From: Thermoanaerobaculia bacterium
Lineage (GTDB): Bacteria; Acidobacteriota; Thermoanaerobaculia; Multivoradales; Multivoraceae
DNA: 64,000 bases
Direction of reading: 5' to 3'
Assembly: GCA_963664405.1 (NCBI GenBank)
Contig: OY761158.1
Location: 2,432,001-2,496,000, forward strand
Made by a program: the position numbers and the translations under genes. This document shows positions 1 to 10,202 of the stretch, piece after piece (the stretch's first letter is position 1; every line of letters begins with the position of its first letter). The notes beneath the pieces were generated by a model, which saw only the letters and a list, made by a program, of their open reading frames with translations, had not been told where the DNA came from and did no database searches.

Positions 1-294
1 GATCTCGATCGCGGGAAAGCTGAACTTCCAGCGATGCTCGCCTTCGACCTGTTGCCAAGTTCCCTCGCCCACACCGGTCACCCAGGTGCCGTCGTCGAGA
101 AAGGCCTGGCCGAGCCAGGTACAGGGGCCACCGGTCGCGCCGCTCTCGAGCGGCACGCTCAAGGTACCGAAAACCGTTCCGAACCCGGTCGCGCTGCCCT
201 CCCAATGGGAGCTGGCGACGACTACGCCGTCCGCGTTCTGGGTGAAGCTACTGCCCGTGTGTTTGTGCGAAAACTCTCCTAGTGGCTCCGACAT
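1..294 (-). CDS. Hypothetical protein, 5' part only (runs off the window)
   Basis: ATG at 294 with AAGGGAGG RBS upstream; open frame MSEPLGEFSHKHTGSS...EHRWKFSFPAIEI to the window edge; absent from the ORF track because it has no stop in the window. Confidence 0.65.
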   Translation of the reverse strand, partial: MSEPLGEFSHKHTGSSFTQNADGVVVASSHWEGSATGFGTVFGTLSVPLESGATGGPCTWLGQAFLDDGTWVTGVGEGTWQQVEGEHRWKFSFPAIEI

Positions 295-371
295 GCGAAA
301 CCCTCCCTTGAATGGTAAAACGTCCGACCAGACTAGCTCGCCGGATCCCTCCGCGCAAGTTAGACTTCGCG

Positions 372-1880
372 ATGACAATCCCTGCTATGAGACCCTTTCC
401 ACTGACGCTCCTGCTGAGCCTCGTCGCGGCATTCGCCTGCTCTCCATCCGCGGCACCGCCGAGGGGATCGGCACCCCCCGAGGAGCCACGCCTCAACGTT
501 CTGCTCATCACCGTCGACGACATGAACTGGGATTCGGTCGGCGTCTACGGCGCGGCGATCCCCGGCATCACACCGAACATCGACCGCCTGGCGGCTGAGG
601 GGCTGCGCTTCGAGCACGGCCACGTCACCATTGCCATCTGTCAGCCGACGCGGGCGGTTTGGATGACCGGACGTTACCCCCACAATAGCGGTGCCCTCGG
701 CTTCGAGCCGATCCGACCGGAGGTGCCGAGCCTGCCGGAGGCGCTGCTTGCCGCGGGCTACAGGACGGGCGTCATGGCAAAACACGGCCACGTACTCCCC
801 TCCCGACCCCAGGCGTGGAGCGAGATCGTCCCAGCGCGGGAGCTCGAGAACGGACGCAGCCCGTCGCTGTACTACGAGCGAGCACTCGCTTTCTTCCGCG
901 CATCCGAGAGCGCCGGACAGCCCTTCTTCCTCATGGCCAACTCGCAGGACCCGCATCGTCCCTTCGCGGCCAGCGAGACGGAGGCTCGAATGCGCAAGAC
1001 CAGCGCCCAAAGCACAAGTCATCAGTACGGCGGAAGCTTTCCGGAGACCGAGCTGGCCTACGATCCCGCAGAGATCCCGCTTCCCGGCTTTCTGCCCGAC
1101 CTTCCGGACATCCGCCGTGAGCTCGCCGAGTACTACACCTCGGTCCACCGGGCGGATGCCACAACAGGGGCGTTGCTCAGCGCACTCGACGAGGCCGGGG
1201 CCGCGCCGCGGACCATCGTGATCTTCCTTTCCGACCACGGCATCCCGCTACCGTTCGCAAAGACCAACGTCTGGCTCCATTCGACAAAGACCCCGTGGAT
1301 CGTGCGATGGCCGGGAGTGGTGGAGCCCGACACGGTGGACGGAGGGCACGTGGTCGCGGGGGTCGACCTTGCACCCACGATCCTCGATGCACTTGGCCTC
1401 GACAATCTTGCTGGCGCCGATGGTCGCTCCTTCCTCGGCTTGTTGCGCGGCGAAGAAGAAGACGGTTGGGACTACGCCTTCACCCACATGAACTCGACGA
1501 TCGCACCGAAATGGTTCGGGATGCGCTCGATTGTCGGTCGCCGCTTCGGCTACATCTACAACGCATGGTCTGACGGCGAGACCGAGTACTTCAACAACTC
1601 CATGCGTGGTTTGACCTTTCCGGCCATGGAGGCCGCCGCGGCGACGGATCCGGCGATCGCGGCTCGGGTCGAGCACCTGCGCTACCGGACGAAGGAAGAG
1701 CTCTACGACTACTCGCTCGACCCAGACGCCTTGCACGACCTTGCCGACGATGAGCGCTTCGGCGCTCGACTCCAAGAGTATCGAGAGCTGATGCTCGCCG
1801 AGATGCTCGCGACAGGAGATCCAGAGCTCGAGGGATACCAGACGTTTCTGGACGGGCTCTCCGAGCCGAAGCGACCCTAG
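372..1880 (+). CDS. Sulfatase (S1 family, N-sulfoglucosamine sulfohydrolase-like), signal or lipoprotein peptide
   Basis: NVLLITVDD, CQPTR formylglycine motif, SDHG, PWIVRWPG, ELYD; start is 372 or 387. Confidence 0.9.
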   Translation: MTIPAMRPFPLTLLLSLVAAFACSPSAAPPRGSAPPEEPRLNVLLITVDDMNWDSVGVYGAAIPGITPNIDRLAAEGLRFEHGHVTIAICQPTRAVWMTGRYPHNSGALGFEPIRPEVPSLPEALLAAGYRTGVMAKHGHVLPSRPQAWSEIVPARELENGRSPSLYYERALAFFRASESAGQPFFLMANSQDPHRPFAASETEARMRKTSAQSTSHQYGGSFPETELAYDPAEIPLPGFLPDLPDIRRELAEYYTSVHRADATTGALLSALDEAGAAPRTIVIFLSDHGIPLPFAKTNVWLHSTKTPWIVRWPGVVEPDTVDGGHVVAGVDLAPTILDALGLDNLAGADGRSFLGLLRGEEEDGWDYAFTHMNSTIAPKWFGMRSIVGRRFGYIYNAWSDGETEYFNNSMRGLTFPAMEAAAATDPAIAARVEHLRYRTKEELYDYSLDPDALHDLADDERFGARLQEYRELMLAEMLATGDPELEGYQTFLDGLSEPKRP

Positions 1881-2044
1881 CCTCCAGTTGTTATCCTTTC
1901 CTCCGGCTGTTCCTAGGAGTCTGCGCTAGGAAAAGAACGAAACCGCTTCCCGGAGCGAATAGGAAGCAACGCCCAAGTGCGCCGTCCTCGGCGCCAAAAG
2001 GCAACTAGCCGTAGGAAGTGATAGCCATCACTTCTGGAGGCTAG
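1877..2044. repeat. Composite CTAG-bounded palindrome/REP-like repeat (two 40-bp units, a tail and a 9-bp IS1182-end remnant)
   Basis: 1877-1916 degenerate unit; 1917-1925 GAGTCTGCG equals the IS1182 terminus; 1941-2044 reverse complement matches 24138-24245 and 53557-53596 plus 55151-55220. Confidence 0.8.
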
Positions 2045-3090
2045 CCCGACCTCAATACCGGCTTGATCTTCGCCACAGTCAGCATCGACTCCACACAGTC
2101 CCTCACAGATTCATCGAGAGGACGGAAGCAGATAGGCACCACGGCGCGGATCCGATCGTTGCGAAGATCAGTGCCCCAAAAGGTGGCAACGACCTCCTCT
2201 CTATGCCGCCTCGCTTCGTCATCGAGATCTTCGTTGAGATCTGGCGTGGCGTACCCGAGCTCCGGTAGCAAACGATCGATACTGGTACAGATGTCCTCGA
2301 GGTTCGCCCTCTCGGTCGAATACGCGATGTAGCGTTCTCCGTTCGCCACCTGCACGCTTTCCAGCAGGCCGATCTGGCACTCCGCGGTATCCCGCACGTC
2401 GACCGTATGCCACGGTCTGCCGCCGTGGACGCCGGGATCGCACTCACCGAGCAACATGAGCTCGATCAGGTGCTGCCAGGGGCCCCCGTTCTTCTGGTGT
2501 GCTGACTGGATCGGGCCGACATTGTCGGCCGGACAGCAGGTGATGGCATCCCATCGGCCGTGCGGCCCAGCTGCATCGGAAAAGGCTCGCTCCGCCAGCA
2601 CCTTCGCTTTGGAGTAGCCACTGACTTGCGGATTGTTCTCATCGGGATAGCGGTCTTCGTAGATGACCGGCCGCCGCACCATCTCCGGCGGGTTACGTTC
2701 AGAGACCACGGCGGCTATGCTGGAGGTAACGATGACGCGCGATACCGATTCTGAGTCGTCCACACTCTGGATGATGTGATCACACACCGTCTTTGCGTAG
2801 TCGAGATCGTCATAGCTACTGACGTGAGAGACATGAGCGACGCCGTGACACCCCTTGAAGATCTCGTCAAAGCATCCGGCGTTGTCGAGGTCCGCCGCGT
2901 GCAGAGTCAGCCGGCCGGAAGCGTAGCCCGGCATCGACTTGAGAAAATCTGTCTTGACGGGATCGTCACTGTCGCGGACGCAGGCTCGAACACGATAGCC
3001 CTTGTCGAGTAGCCTCCTGACCACCCAGCCGCCGATAAATCCAGCTGCGCCGGTAACCGCAACTCTTCCGCCTCTTGGAATTGGGGGCAT
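2041..3090 (-). CDS. NAD-dependent epimerase/dehydratase (dihydroflavonol-reductase-like extended SDR)
   Basis: VTGAAGFIG Rossmann motif, TSSIAA, YSKAK (YxxxK), VDVRD. Confidence 0.9.
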   Translation of the reverse strand: MPPIPRGGRVAVTGAAGFIGGWVVRRLLDKGYRVRACVRDSDDPVKTDFLKSMPGYASGRLTLHAADLDNAGCFDEIFKGCHGVAHVSHVSSYDDLDYAKTVCDHIIQSVDDSESVSRVIVTSSIAAVVSERNPPEMVRRPVIYEDRYPDENNPQVSGYSKAKVLAERAFSDAAGPHGRWDAITCCPADNVGPIQSAHQKNGGPWQHLIELMLLGECDPGVHGGRPWHTVDVRDTAECQIGLLESVQVANGERYIAYSTERANLEDICTSIDRLLPELGYATPDLNEDLDDEARRHREEVVATFWGTDLRNDRIRAVVPICFRPLDESVRDCVESMLTVAKIKPVLRSG

Positions 3091-3138
3091 ATTTTCTTTC
3101 CTTCAATCGGTCCTTCGAGGCGCGCGACGGACAGAGAC

Positions 3139-5262
3139 TCAGGGACCGGACTTCCCGGTTATCAGGACTTGACCGAGCTCGGCGGGGCCAGCCCCGAGCT
3201 CGAGCTCACCCGGGGGGAAGTCGTTGGCCGCCATGATGTAGGCCAGGATGTTGAGATAGGTCTGCTCGGGCAGACTGTTGGGCGCGCCGGTAGGCATCTC
3301 GGTCCGGATCGCCGTGAACAACTCGTGGAGTGACTTGTTTTCCCAGAGAAACAGGAAGCTGACGCCGACCAGGCTCGGCGAATTGCTGTCCCCGCGAAGA
3401 TCCTCCGCGTGACACAGGGCACAAGACTCCCGGTACTGCGCTGCCCCAAGCTCGGCCTGTTGCGCAGAATAGACGCCGTCCCAAACCGACCCTTCGGGCT
3501 CGACCCCGGTGGTGGAGCGCGACGCGCTCGCAATTCGGGGCGAAGCCACTTTGACTCCCCGCTCTGGAAGGGAGAAGACGTGGATCGAGTTGCCGTGATT
3601 CGGAGGACGGATGTGCGGTACCAGGTCTCGCGGCACCATAGTCGACCAGCTCGCCCCTCCGGTGCCCGCGGGCAACGCGACATACTGCTTGCCGTCGGCC
3701 AGGTATGACACCGGGAAGCCCTGGGCGGAAGTGGGAAGCCGCGTCTGCCAGAGAATCTCGCCGCTCACCGCATCGTAGGCATACATGTGGCGGTCCCAAT
3801 CTCCCGCGAAGACCAACCCCCCGGAGGTGGTGAGAGCGGCGGTATTGATCGGTGACGGCGTTCGGTGACGCCACATGATGTCTCCTTCGGCGACGTCGAT
3901 GACCAACAGCTCACCCAGATTGCCTTCGGAATAGGGATGCATCGTGTTGATCCGTCGAACCGGGCCCGTCCCACCGCCGCCCAAGACCCGTTCGGTGGGG
4001 CCGAAGGTCGCCTTCTCGCAATTCAGCGTTATCGGAATGTAGAGAGCCCTGGTCTGCGGGCTATAGGACATCGCTCGCCAGCCTTTGAACCCGGACGTGC
4101 TCGGACACATGTCGATCTCGACACCGATCTCCGGGATCATCCCCTCACGGTAGGTCACTTCGCCGGTCTTCGGGTCGACGTCGACGATGTTCTGATAGCC
4201 GATGTCGGTGGCGCCGAGGAACTCGCCGGTGGTGCGATCGAGCCGCCAGAGGATCCCGAGCTTGCCCATCTTGAAGAGCTGCTTGCGCCCCTCGACATCG
4301 ATGAGGAGGCTCTCGAAGACCTCGTCCATGTCGTGGGTCTCACCAGGCAGGTACTGGTAGTACCACTCCAGCTCGCCGGTGTCGGGGTCGAGGGCCAGGC
4401 TCGAGTTGGTGTAGAGCGCATCCCCTTCGGTACCGCGGACCGCCCGGGCCCAGGGCTTGGCTTGAGCGGTGGCCCAGTAGACGAGCTTGGCCTCGGGGTC
4501 GTAGCTCCCGGCGATCCACGCATCGCTTCCGGCCCTGAATCGCAGCGGTAGATCACCCCAGCTGTCCCCGCCGGGCTCCCCCGGGCGCGCCACCGTGGAG
4601 GTGCGCCATAGCTCTTCGCCGGTCCCGGGGTCGTGACCGGTGATGAAGCAGACATCGTCTTTGTAGCGTCCGCACCCGGCGATGCCGGTAATGACCTTCC
4701 CGTTCGCGATGATCGGGCCGGCGGTGTACCTGTAGCCCAAGTCCGGGTCGGCCGTCTGGGTCTCCCACACCTGCCTTCCGGTCCGTGCGTCGAGGGCCAC
4801 AATCGTCGCGTTCGGCATAGCGGCGAAGAGCTTGTCGCCAAAGATGGCGATGTTTTTCTGCACCCCACCGCTGACGCCGGCGAAGTCGGGTCGGTACTCC
4901 CAGATCAGATCACCGGTGGCCCCGTCCATTGCCTGGACCACTCCGCCTGGGTTCGGAAGATAGAGGACGCCGTCGTGCGCCAGGGGTGCCGTTTCTTGGG
5001 CGCCGGTGTCATCCATGGCCCACGACCATGCCAGCTGGAGCTGTCCGACGTTCTCGGTCGTGATCTGGTCGAGGGGGCTGTGCCCCCATGCATTCTGGGT
5101 GCCTCTCCAGTTCAGCCACTCACCCGGCGCCGGGTTGCGCAACATCTCTTCGGAAACCGGGTTGAAGTCGGTTGTCTGCGCTTGGATGCCGGGGTTTACC
5201 AACAACACCACGGCAAAGGCGAAAAAGAGGCATCGAGCTCGCAAGCCGTTAAGGTATTCCAT
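3139..5262 (-). CDS. PQQ-dependent dehydrogenase with C-terminal cytochrome c (quinohemoprotein-like)
   Basis: SPLDQITTENVGQL, repeated W-x-x-x tryptophan docking motifs, DMD, GKQYVA, C-terminal CALCH heme motif, signal peptide. Confidence 0.88.
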   Translation of the reverse strand: MEYLNGLRARCLFFAFAVVLLVNPGIQAQTTDFNPVSEEMLRNPAPGEWLNWRGTQNAWGHSPLDQITTENVGQLQLAWSWAMDDTGAQETAPLAHDGVLYLPNPGGVVQAMDGATGDLIWEYRPDFAGVSGGVQKNIAIFGDKLFAAMPNATIVALDARTGRQVWETQTADPDLGYRYTAGPIIANGKVITGIAGCGRYKDDVCFITGHDPGTGEELWRTSTVARPGEPGGDSWGDLPLRFRAGSDAWIAGSYDPEAKLVYWATAQAKPWARAVRGTEGDALYTNSSLALDPDTGELEWYYQYLPGETHDMDEVFESLLIDVEGRKQLFKMGKLGILWRLDRTTGEFLGATDIGYQNIVDVDPKTGEVTYREGMIPEIGVEIDMCPSTSGFKGWRAMSYSPQTRALYIPITLNCEKATFGPTERVLGGGGTGPVRRINTMHPYSEGNLGELLVIDVAEGDIMWRHRTPSPINTAALTTSGGLVFAGDWDRHMYAYDAVSGEILWQTRLPTSAQGFPVSYLADGKQYVALPAGTGGASWSTMVPRDLVPHIRPPNHGNSIHVFSLPERGVKVASPRIASASRSTTGVEPEGSVWDGVYSAQQAELGAAQYRESCALCHAEDLRGDSNSPSLVGVSFLFLWENKSLHELFTAIRTEMPTGAPNSLPEQTYLNILAYIMAANDFPPGELELGAGPAELGQVLITGKSGP

Positions 5263-5301
5263 TGGACTCTCTGAGATCCATCAAACGGACGGAAAGCGCC
5301 A

Positions 5302-6861
5302 CTAATCCCCCAGGACCTCCAACTCTCGACGCAGGAGCCGCAAGCGGCTTCGCAGCTCGGTCGCGATCTCTTGGTAGTCGGGGTCGGTGTAGAGGTTCCG
5401 ATACTCCTTCGGATCGACCTCGAGATCCAGGAGCTCCCAGGCCGCCTGGTCCTCCTTTCCAGCCGTGTAATAGCGGATCAGCTTGTAACGATCGGTCCGG
5501 ATGCCGTAGTGCGCGGACACGCCTTGATACTGAAACTCCTGAGCTTCGTAGTAGTGGTAATAAAACGATTGGCGCCAATCATCGGGCAGACGCCCCTCGA
5601 CAATCGGACGCAAGCTTCGGCCCTGCATATCACCGGGAATCGGGACCTCGGCAAAGTCGAGGATCGTAGGCGCATAGTCCACATTCAGGGAAAAGGCATC
5701 GGTCTCGCTCCCGGCGGCAATAACCCCTGGATAACGGATCACCAGCGGAATGCGCAAGGACTCTTCATCCATCAGGCGCTTGTCGAACATCGAATGATCG
5801 CCGATGAACATGCCGTTGTCTGAGGTGTAGATGACCATCGTGTTCTCAGCCAGGCCCTCGGCGTCCAAGAAATCCAAGAAGCGGCCAACGTTCTCATCCA
5901 CAGAGACCATGACGCGCATGTAGTCTTTGACGTACTGCTGGTACATCCAATCCTTCAGCGCATCGCCCTCGAGCTCACCGGGATCCTCCTTGCGCAGCTC
6001 GGCGCCCCACGTTCTCCAACGTCCTAGCAGGTCGGGAACCAGGCGGTTCGTCGCCTGCTGGACAGGAGTTGCCCGAGCCGAAGAATCGTCGCCATAGGTA
6101 GCAGGAAGGGAGATCGTCTCGCCTTCGAACAGACGGTCGTGCTCGGCGGAGGGTACCCATTGGGCGTGTGGCGCTTTGTGGTGGTAGAGCAGCAGAAAAG
6201 GCTTGTCGGGATCGCGGCCGCGCACCCAGTCCATCGCCAGGTCAGTGATGATGTCGGTGACGTAGCCCTGGTGCTGCTTCTCTTCGCCCATCTCGATCAG
6301 GATCGGGTTGTCGTAGACGCCCTGCCCAGGCAGTACGTTCCAGTAGTCGAAGCCGGTGGGCGGGCTCTTCAGGTGCCACTTACCCACCATTGCGGTCTGA
6401 TACCCGGCTTGCTGGAGCATTTTCGGAAAGGTGGGCTGACTGCCGTCGAATCGTTCTCTGTTACCCCGCTGCCCATGCTTATGGCTGTACTTACCGGTGA
6501 GCAGCGTCGCCCGGCTCGGGGCACAGAGCGAGTTGGTGTTGAAGCTGTTGCGAAACAGGATGCCCTCGCGCGCGATGCGGTCGAGGTTGGGCGTTGACGC
6601 GCGCGTGCTGCCGTAGGCCGACATCATCTGCGCGGCATGATCGTCGGTCATGATGTAAACGATGTTGGGCCGCTCGGCGGCGGCCGGCATCGCCAACACG
6701 ATCGCAACAGCCACGAGTCCCAGCCGGCAGAAGGCCCGGCGCGCAAGCTTTATGTGCCACATCTCTGTGCACACATCGTAGTCCGCTTCTGCGAACTTGG
6801 CTATCCGAGTGCAGCGCTGCCTGACGACGGCTCGCGAATCAGACCGCCGCAAAACCGTCAC
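5302..6861 (-). CDS. Sulfatase (S1 family, GlcNAc-6-sulfatase-like); true start probably about 100 nt downstream of 6861
   Basis: RPNIVYIMTDDH, CAPSR, GKWHL, SDNG, HYGIRT. Confidence 0.92.
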   Translation of the reverse strand: MTVLRRSDSRAVVRQRCTRIAKFAEADYDVCTEMWHIKLARRAFCRLGLVAVAIVLAMPAAAERPNIVYIMTDDHAAQMMSAYGSTRASTPNLDRIAREGILFRNSFNTNSLCAPSRATLLTGKYSHKHGQRGNRERFDGSQPTFPKMLQQAGYQTAMVGKWHLKSPPTGFDYWNVLPGQGVYDNPILIEMGEEKQHQGYVTDIITDLAMDWVRGRDPDKPFLLLYHHKAPHAQWVPSAEHDRLFEGETISLPATYGDDSSARATPVQQATNRLVPDLLGRWRTWGAELRKEDPGELEGDALKDWMYQQYVKDYMRVMVSVDENVGRFLDFLDAEGLAENTMVIYTSDNGMFIGDHSMFDKRLMDEESLRIPLVIRYPGVIAAGSETDAFSLNVDYAPTILDFAEVPIPGDMQGRSLRPIVEGRLPDDWRQSFYYHYYEAQEFQYQGVSAHYGIRTDRYKLIRYYTAGKEDQAAWELLDLEVDPKEYRNLYTDPDYQEIATELRSRLRLLRRELEVLGD

Positions 6862-6889
6862 TCGCCCTTAGCGGAACGAGCACTCCGCC

Positions 6890-7030
6890 CTACATCCGCA
6901 ATCTACGAACCCTGAACCCAAGCAACAGGATCGTGAACACAACGAGACCAAGCTGTCCTAGTGTCGGAACCTCCAAGATCGGAAGGGCTCCGCCCGATAT
7001 AGGCGTAGGCGTAGGTGTTGAAGAAGCTCT
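6890..7030 (-). pseudogene. Orphan IPTL-CTERM-like sorting tail
   Basis: STPTPTP linker, EVPTL, hydrophobic helix, basic tail RVRRLRM-stop; no cognate N-terminal part. Confidence 0.6.
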
Positions 7031-7039
7031 CCGCGTCCG

Positions 7040-7668
7040 CCGGCGCCACCGACCGCGGAACCATGCACCGAGGCGAGAGAGTCGCCGCGCGGCGACAAGG
7101 CGACGCGCCAGGGAGTCTGCTCGAAACCATCCAAAGTTGTACGAAGCTGGCCGGATTCGACGTCCCAAATGCGAACCGTGGAGTCCGACCCCACAGACAC
7201 GAGGGTCTCACCGTCGTAGCTGAAGGACACTGAAGTAGCGTAACCAGCGTGTCCCTCCAGGGTTCTGAACCGCTCGCCGGAATGGGCGTCGATTACCCGG
7301 ATGGCATTGTCCTGGCTACAGATCGTGAGCAGCCTGCCGTCAGGCGAAAAACTGGCGCAGCTCTCCTGTCCCCAACCGCGGGACACATACATCAGCGACG
7401 GGGGATCGACCGTCAGATCCCAGACGCTGGACGAGCCGAACCGGTGCTCTACCAACTGAGTGCCGTCGGGCGAGAACGTAGATTGATTGGTCACGGCGCG
7501 GGAAAGCATCAGGTCCGGCGATGCCGTCGCCCGGGCCGTCGACGCCGGGAATGATGCTTCTCGAACCTGTCTCGATCTCTTCGACGGCGTGTTCCTGCAA
7601 CCGACCACGGACTGCCTCAACAAGTGGAAGAGCAGCGAATTCGACAGAGCCCGACCCTCAGCATGCAT
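7040..7668 (-). pseudogene. WD40-repeat protein fragment
   Basis: FSPDG, LEGH...SVSFS, VRIWDV repeats; no credible start and an abrupt 3' end. Confidence 0.7.
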
Positions 7669-7698
7669 TCGCTAGCTCAGGAAGACTAATCCGAAGAC

Positions 7699-7736
7699 AA
7701 AAAGCCCCTCGGAGCTCATCGGCTCCGGGGGGCTCT
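7699..7736 (-). terminator. Rho-independent terminator after the aldo/keto reductase
   Basis: GC-rich hairpin GCCCCCCGGAGC/GCTCCGAGGGGC followed by a T run on the minus strand. Confidence 0.7.
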
Positions 7737-7753
7737 GCCAATTCAGTGCCGCC

Positions 7754-8707
7754 TCAGACCACGGGGCCGCGCAGCTCGCCCCAATCCTTGGCCATCCCGG
7801 CACCGAGCTCGGTCAGCTGCATCTGCTCCGAACGGTCAAAGGGCTCATAGGCCTTGACCGTAGCGACCGCCTGGTCCAGCTCGGCCACGTTCTTGACCCC
7901 CATAATCGCGACCGAAAGCCCGGGGATGCCGAGCGCATAGCGCACAGCCTTCTCGTAATGCTCCTTACCCGATAGCTTCGCGCCGGTGCCTTCAACGCCG
8001 CCGAGGACCTTCATCGCCACGATTCCTATGCCCTGCTCTCTAGCCGCCGCGAACACCGTCCCTTCGAAGTCGTAGGTGTGGACGTCGACGTAGTTCGCGG
8101 CGCACATCACCGCCTCGATCTTTCCGGTCGAAAGGAGGGTGAGCGCGCGCTTCGGGCGCAAGTGACAGGTCATCCCGACGTGGCGCACGATGCCTTGCTC
8201 CTTGAGCTCCATCAGGCCCTCCAGCGCGCCGTCCGCCCCGAGCAGGATGTCCAGACTCGGGAAGCGATCGGTCCGCCCCACATTGTGGATGTGGACCAGA
8301 TCGAGGTAGTCGGTCTGCATCTTCTGCAGAGATTCCTGCACCTGCCAGATCGCGTCCTGCTTCGAGGTCGCCTCGACCTTGGTGACGAGCACGAACTTGT
8401 CTCGCTTGCCCTGGAGCGCGGGTCCGAGGCGCCGCTCAGCCTGGCGATAGATCGGCGCAGTATCGAGATAATTCACCCCCAGATCAACGGCACGGTCGAT
8501 AACGCGATTCACTTCCTCCTGAGTGACTTCGGGTGCACCCAGGGAACCGGTGCCGATGCCGAAGACGCTCACCTCGATGCCGGTCTTGCCGAGTTGCCGC
8601 CGCTCTAGCCCGTCCGCTGCCCCTGCCTTGGAGCCGGCCACTGCCGCTATCGCTCCCGTCGCCAGTGCCGCCTTGCCTAAATCCCTTCGCGTTATCTCTT
8701 TCGCCAT
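7754..8707 (-). CDS. Aldo/keto reductase with Tat signal
   Basis: TRRDL twin-arginine motif, R-x-LGKTG, YLDTAPIY, TK, DLVHIH. Confidence 0.92.
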   Translation of the reverse strand: MAKEITRRDLGKAALATGAIAAVAGSKAGAADGLERRQLGKTGIEVSVFGIGTGSLGAPEVTQEEVNRVIDRAVDLGVNYLDTAPIYRQAERRLGPALQGKRDKFVLVTKVEATSKQDAIWQVQESLQKMQTDYLDLVHIHNVGRTDRFPSLDILLGADGALEGLMELKEQGIVRHVGMTCHLRPKRALTLLSTGKIEAVMCAANYVDVHTYDFEGTVFAAAREQGIGIVAMKVLGGVEGTGAKLSGKEHYEKAVRYALGIPGLSVAIMGVKNVAELDQAVATVKAYEPFDRSEQMQLTELGAGMAKDWGELRGPVV

Positions 8708-8825
8708 TCTCGCTCGCTCCTTCTGAGTGCTGTGCTACGCAGAGCTTACTCCTTCCGCTGGATCCCATCGAGCATATGATGGCTGAGAAGAAGAACCCTC
8801 CACGACGCGACCCGAGGTCGATGAG

Positions 8826-9695
8826 ATGAACAAGCCTGCACTTGTAGTCGCTCTTGGCGTAGCCCTTTTCTGTTGGGAGACGACGGTGAGCGCACAAAGA
8901 AACAGCACCGAGGCCGAGTCTGGAGCGAGGAAGGCCTTGGAGACGTTCATGACCGAATGGAACACAGGCGAGGACGCCAGAGTGCGAACGGCGATGAACT
9001 TTCCCTTCGTGACCTTCGGTGGCGGCTCGAGTGTTGTCGTAAGCGAGACCGCCGAGGACTTCTCCCAAGGCTTCGACCGGTTGCGAGAGCGGTACGGATG
9101 GGACAGCAGCTCCTTTGACTACGATTCACTGAAGATATTCATGTCCTCAGCGGACAAGGTCCATCTCGCGCTCGACTTCAACCGCTACCAGGCGGATGGG
9201 GAGCTTTACTTCACCGGCAACGTCTTCTACGTCATTACCAAGAAAGAAGATCATTGGGGGATTCAGATGCGCTCCGGTGGCGGCGGGGAAGAGCCGTCAG
9301 AAGACCGCGCCGAAATCCTCGCCGGCGCCCGCGCCGCGGTTCTCGGCTATATGAAGGCCTTCAACGCGGCTGACGCCGATGAGACCTCTAGTCACCTCAA
9401 TTATCCCCATCTCTTCATGATGGGGGGACGGGTGGCCCTGGCGGAGGATGGTTCGGCGAGACCCAATTTCGAGCAGATGCGCACCTCCGAGGGTTGGCAC
9501 TTCAGCACTTTCGATTCTCTGGAGCCAAGCCTGGTCACGCCGAACAAAGTCCACTGGGAGATCGTGTTCAGCCGCTGGCATCCCGATGGGACGCGCTATT
9601 GGTCGGTTCCGGCGATGTGGATCACGACCAAGGTGGGAGATCACTGGGGCATTCAACTTCGCTCGCTGATGCCGGCGACCTTTGACGAGAGGTAG
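8826..9695 (+). CDS. Secreted protein with two tandem NTF2/SnoaL-like repeats
   Basis: Signal peptide; internal duplication NFPF/NYPH, GW-x-x-S-x-F, KVH, ITxK-x-DHWGIQ(M/L)RS. Confidence 0.65.
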   Translation: MNKPALVVALGVALFCWETTVSAQRNSTEAESGARKALETFMTEWNTGEDARVRTAMNFPFVTFGGGSSVVVSETAEDFSQGFDRLRERYGWDSSSFDYDSLKIFMSSADKVHLALDFNRYQADGELYFTGNVFYVITKKEDHWGIQMRSGGGGEEPSEDRAEILAGARAAVLGYMKAFNAADADETSSHLNYPHLFMMGGRVALAEDGSARPNFEQMRTSEGWHFSTFDSLEPSLVTPNKVHWEIVFSRWHPDGTRYWSVPAMWITTKVGDHWGIQLRSLMPATFDER

Positions 9696-9728
9696 CACGT
9701 CAGGCTCGAGATGGAATGAGCTCGAGCC

Positions 9729-9835
9729 TTAAAACAGCTTCTCCAGCTCCTGCATCCAGTCGAGGACGACGTGGATGCGAGCCCCCTGGCCGCCGTCGGC
9801 GCGCTCGACGACCAGAAAGCCGCTGCCATCCCTAC
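9729..9835 (-). pseudogene. C-terminal remnant of a Ser/Thr-kinase-associated TolB-like propeller protein
   Basis: DGSGFLVV...IHVVLDWMQELEKLF-stop resembles the typical acidobacterial kinase-propeller C-terminus. Confidence 0.5.
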
Positions 9836-9953
9836 TTCCAGACTCATCTTGAACCCGCCGGGTTTCTAGTGGACGCGACGCTCCCATGTGGGATTCCCAG
9901 TCCCATCGCTCTCTACGATGCACCCCTATAAGCAATGGAGTATGCTTCTTAGT

Positions 9954-10202
9954 ATGCGAGCAACGGTGACGATCGAGCCATCCCTCTTCACCGAGGCCGA
10001 CCGGCGGGCGAAGGAGATGGGCCTGAGTCGGTCGCGCTTCTATCAGACGGCGCTCGAGCACTATCTGCGAGACCTACGGGACCGTCGACTCACCGACCAG
10101 ATGAACCGCCATCTGGAACGGTACGACGAGAGTGGCGATCGCGACCTCGAGAGCTACGTCGCGGAGGTCTGGGCCCGAGACATGGGCGACGACGAGTGGT
10201 AG
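9954..10202 (+). CDS. RHH antitoxin (MazE/ChpI-like)
   Basis: MRATVTIEPSLF...A...GLSRSRFY ribbon-helix-helix, acidic tail ending EW; overlaps the toxin start. Confidence 0.8.
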   Translation: MRATVTIEPSLFTEADRRAKEMGLSRSRFYQTALEHYLRDLRDRRLTDQMNRHLERYDESGDRDLESYVAEVWARDMGDDEW

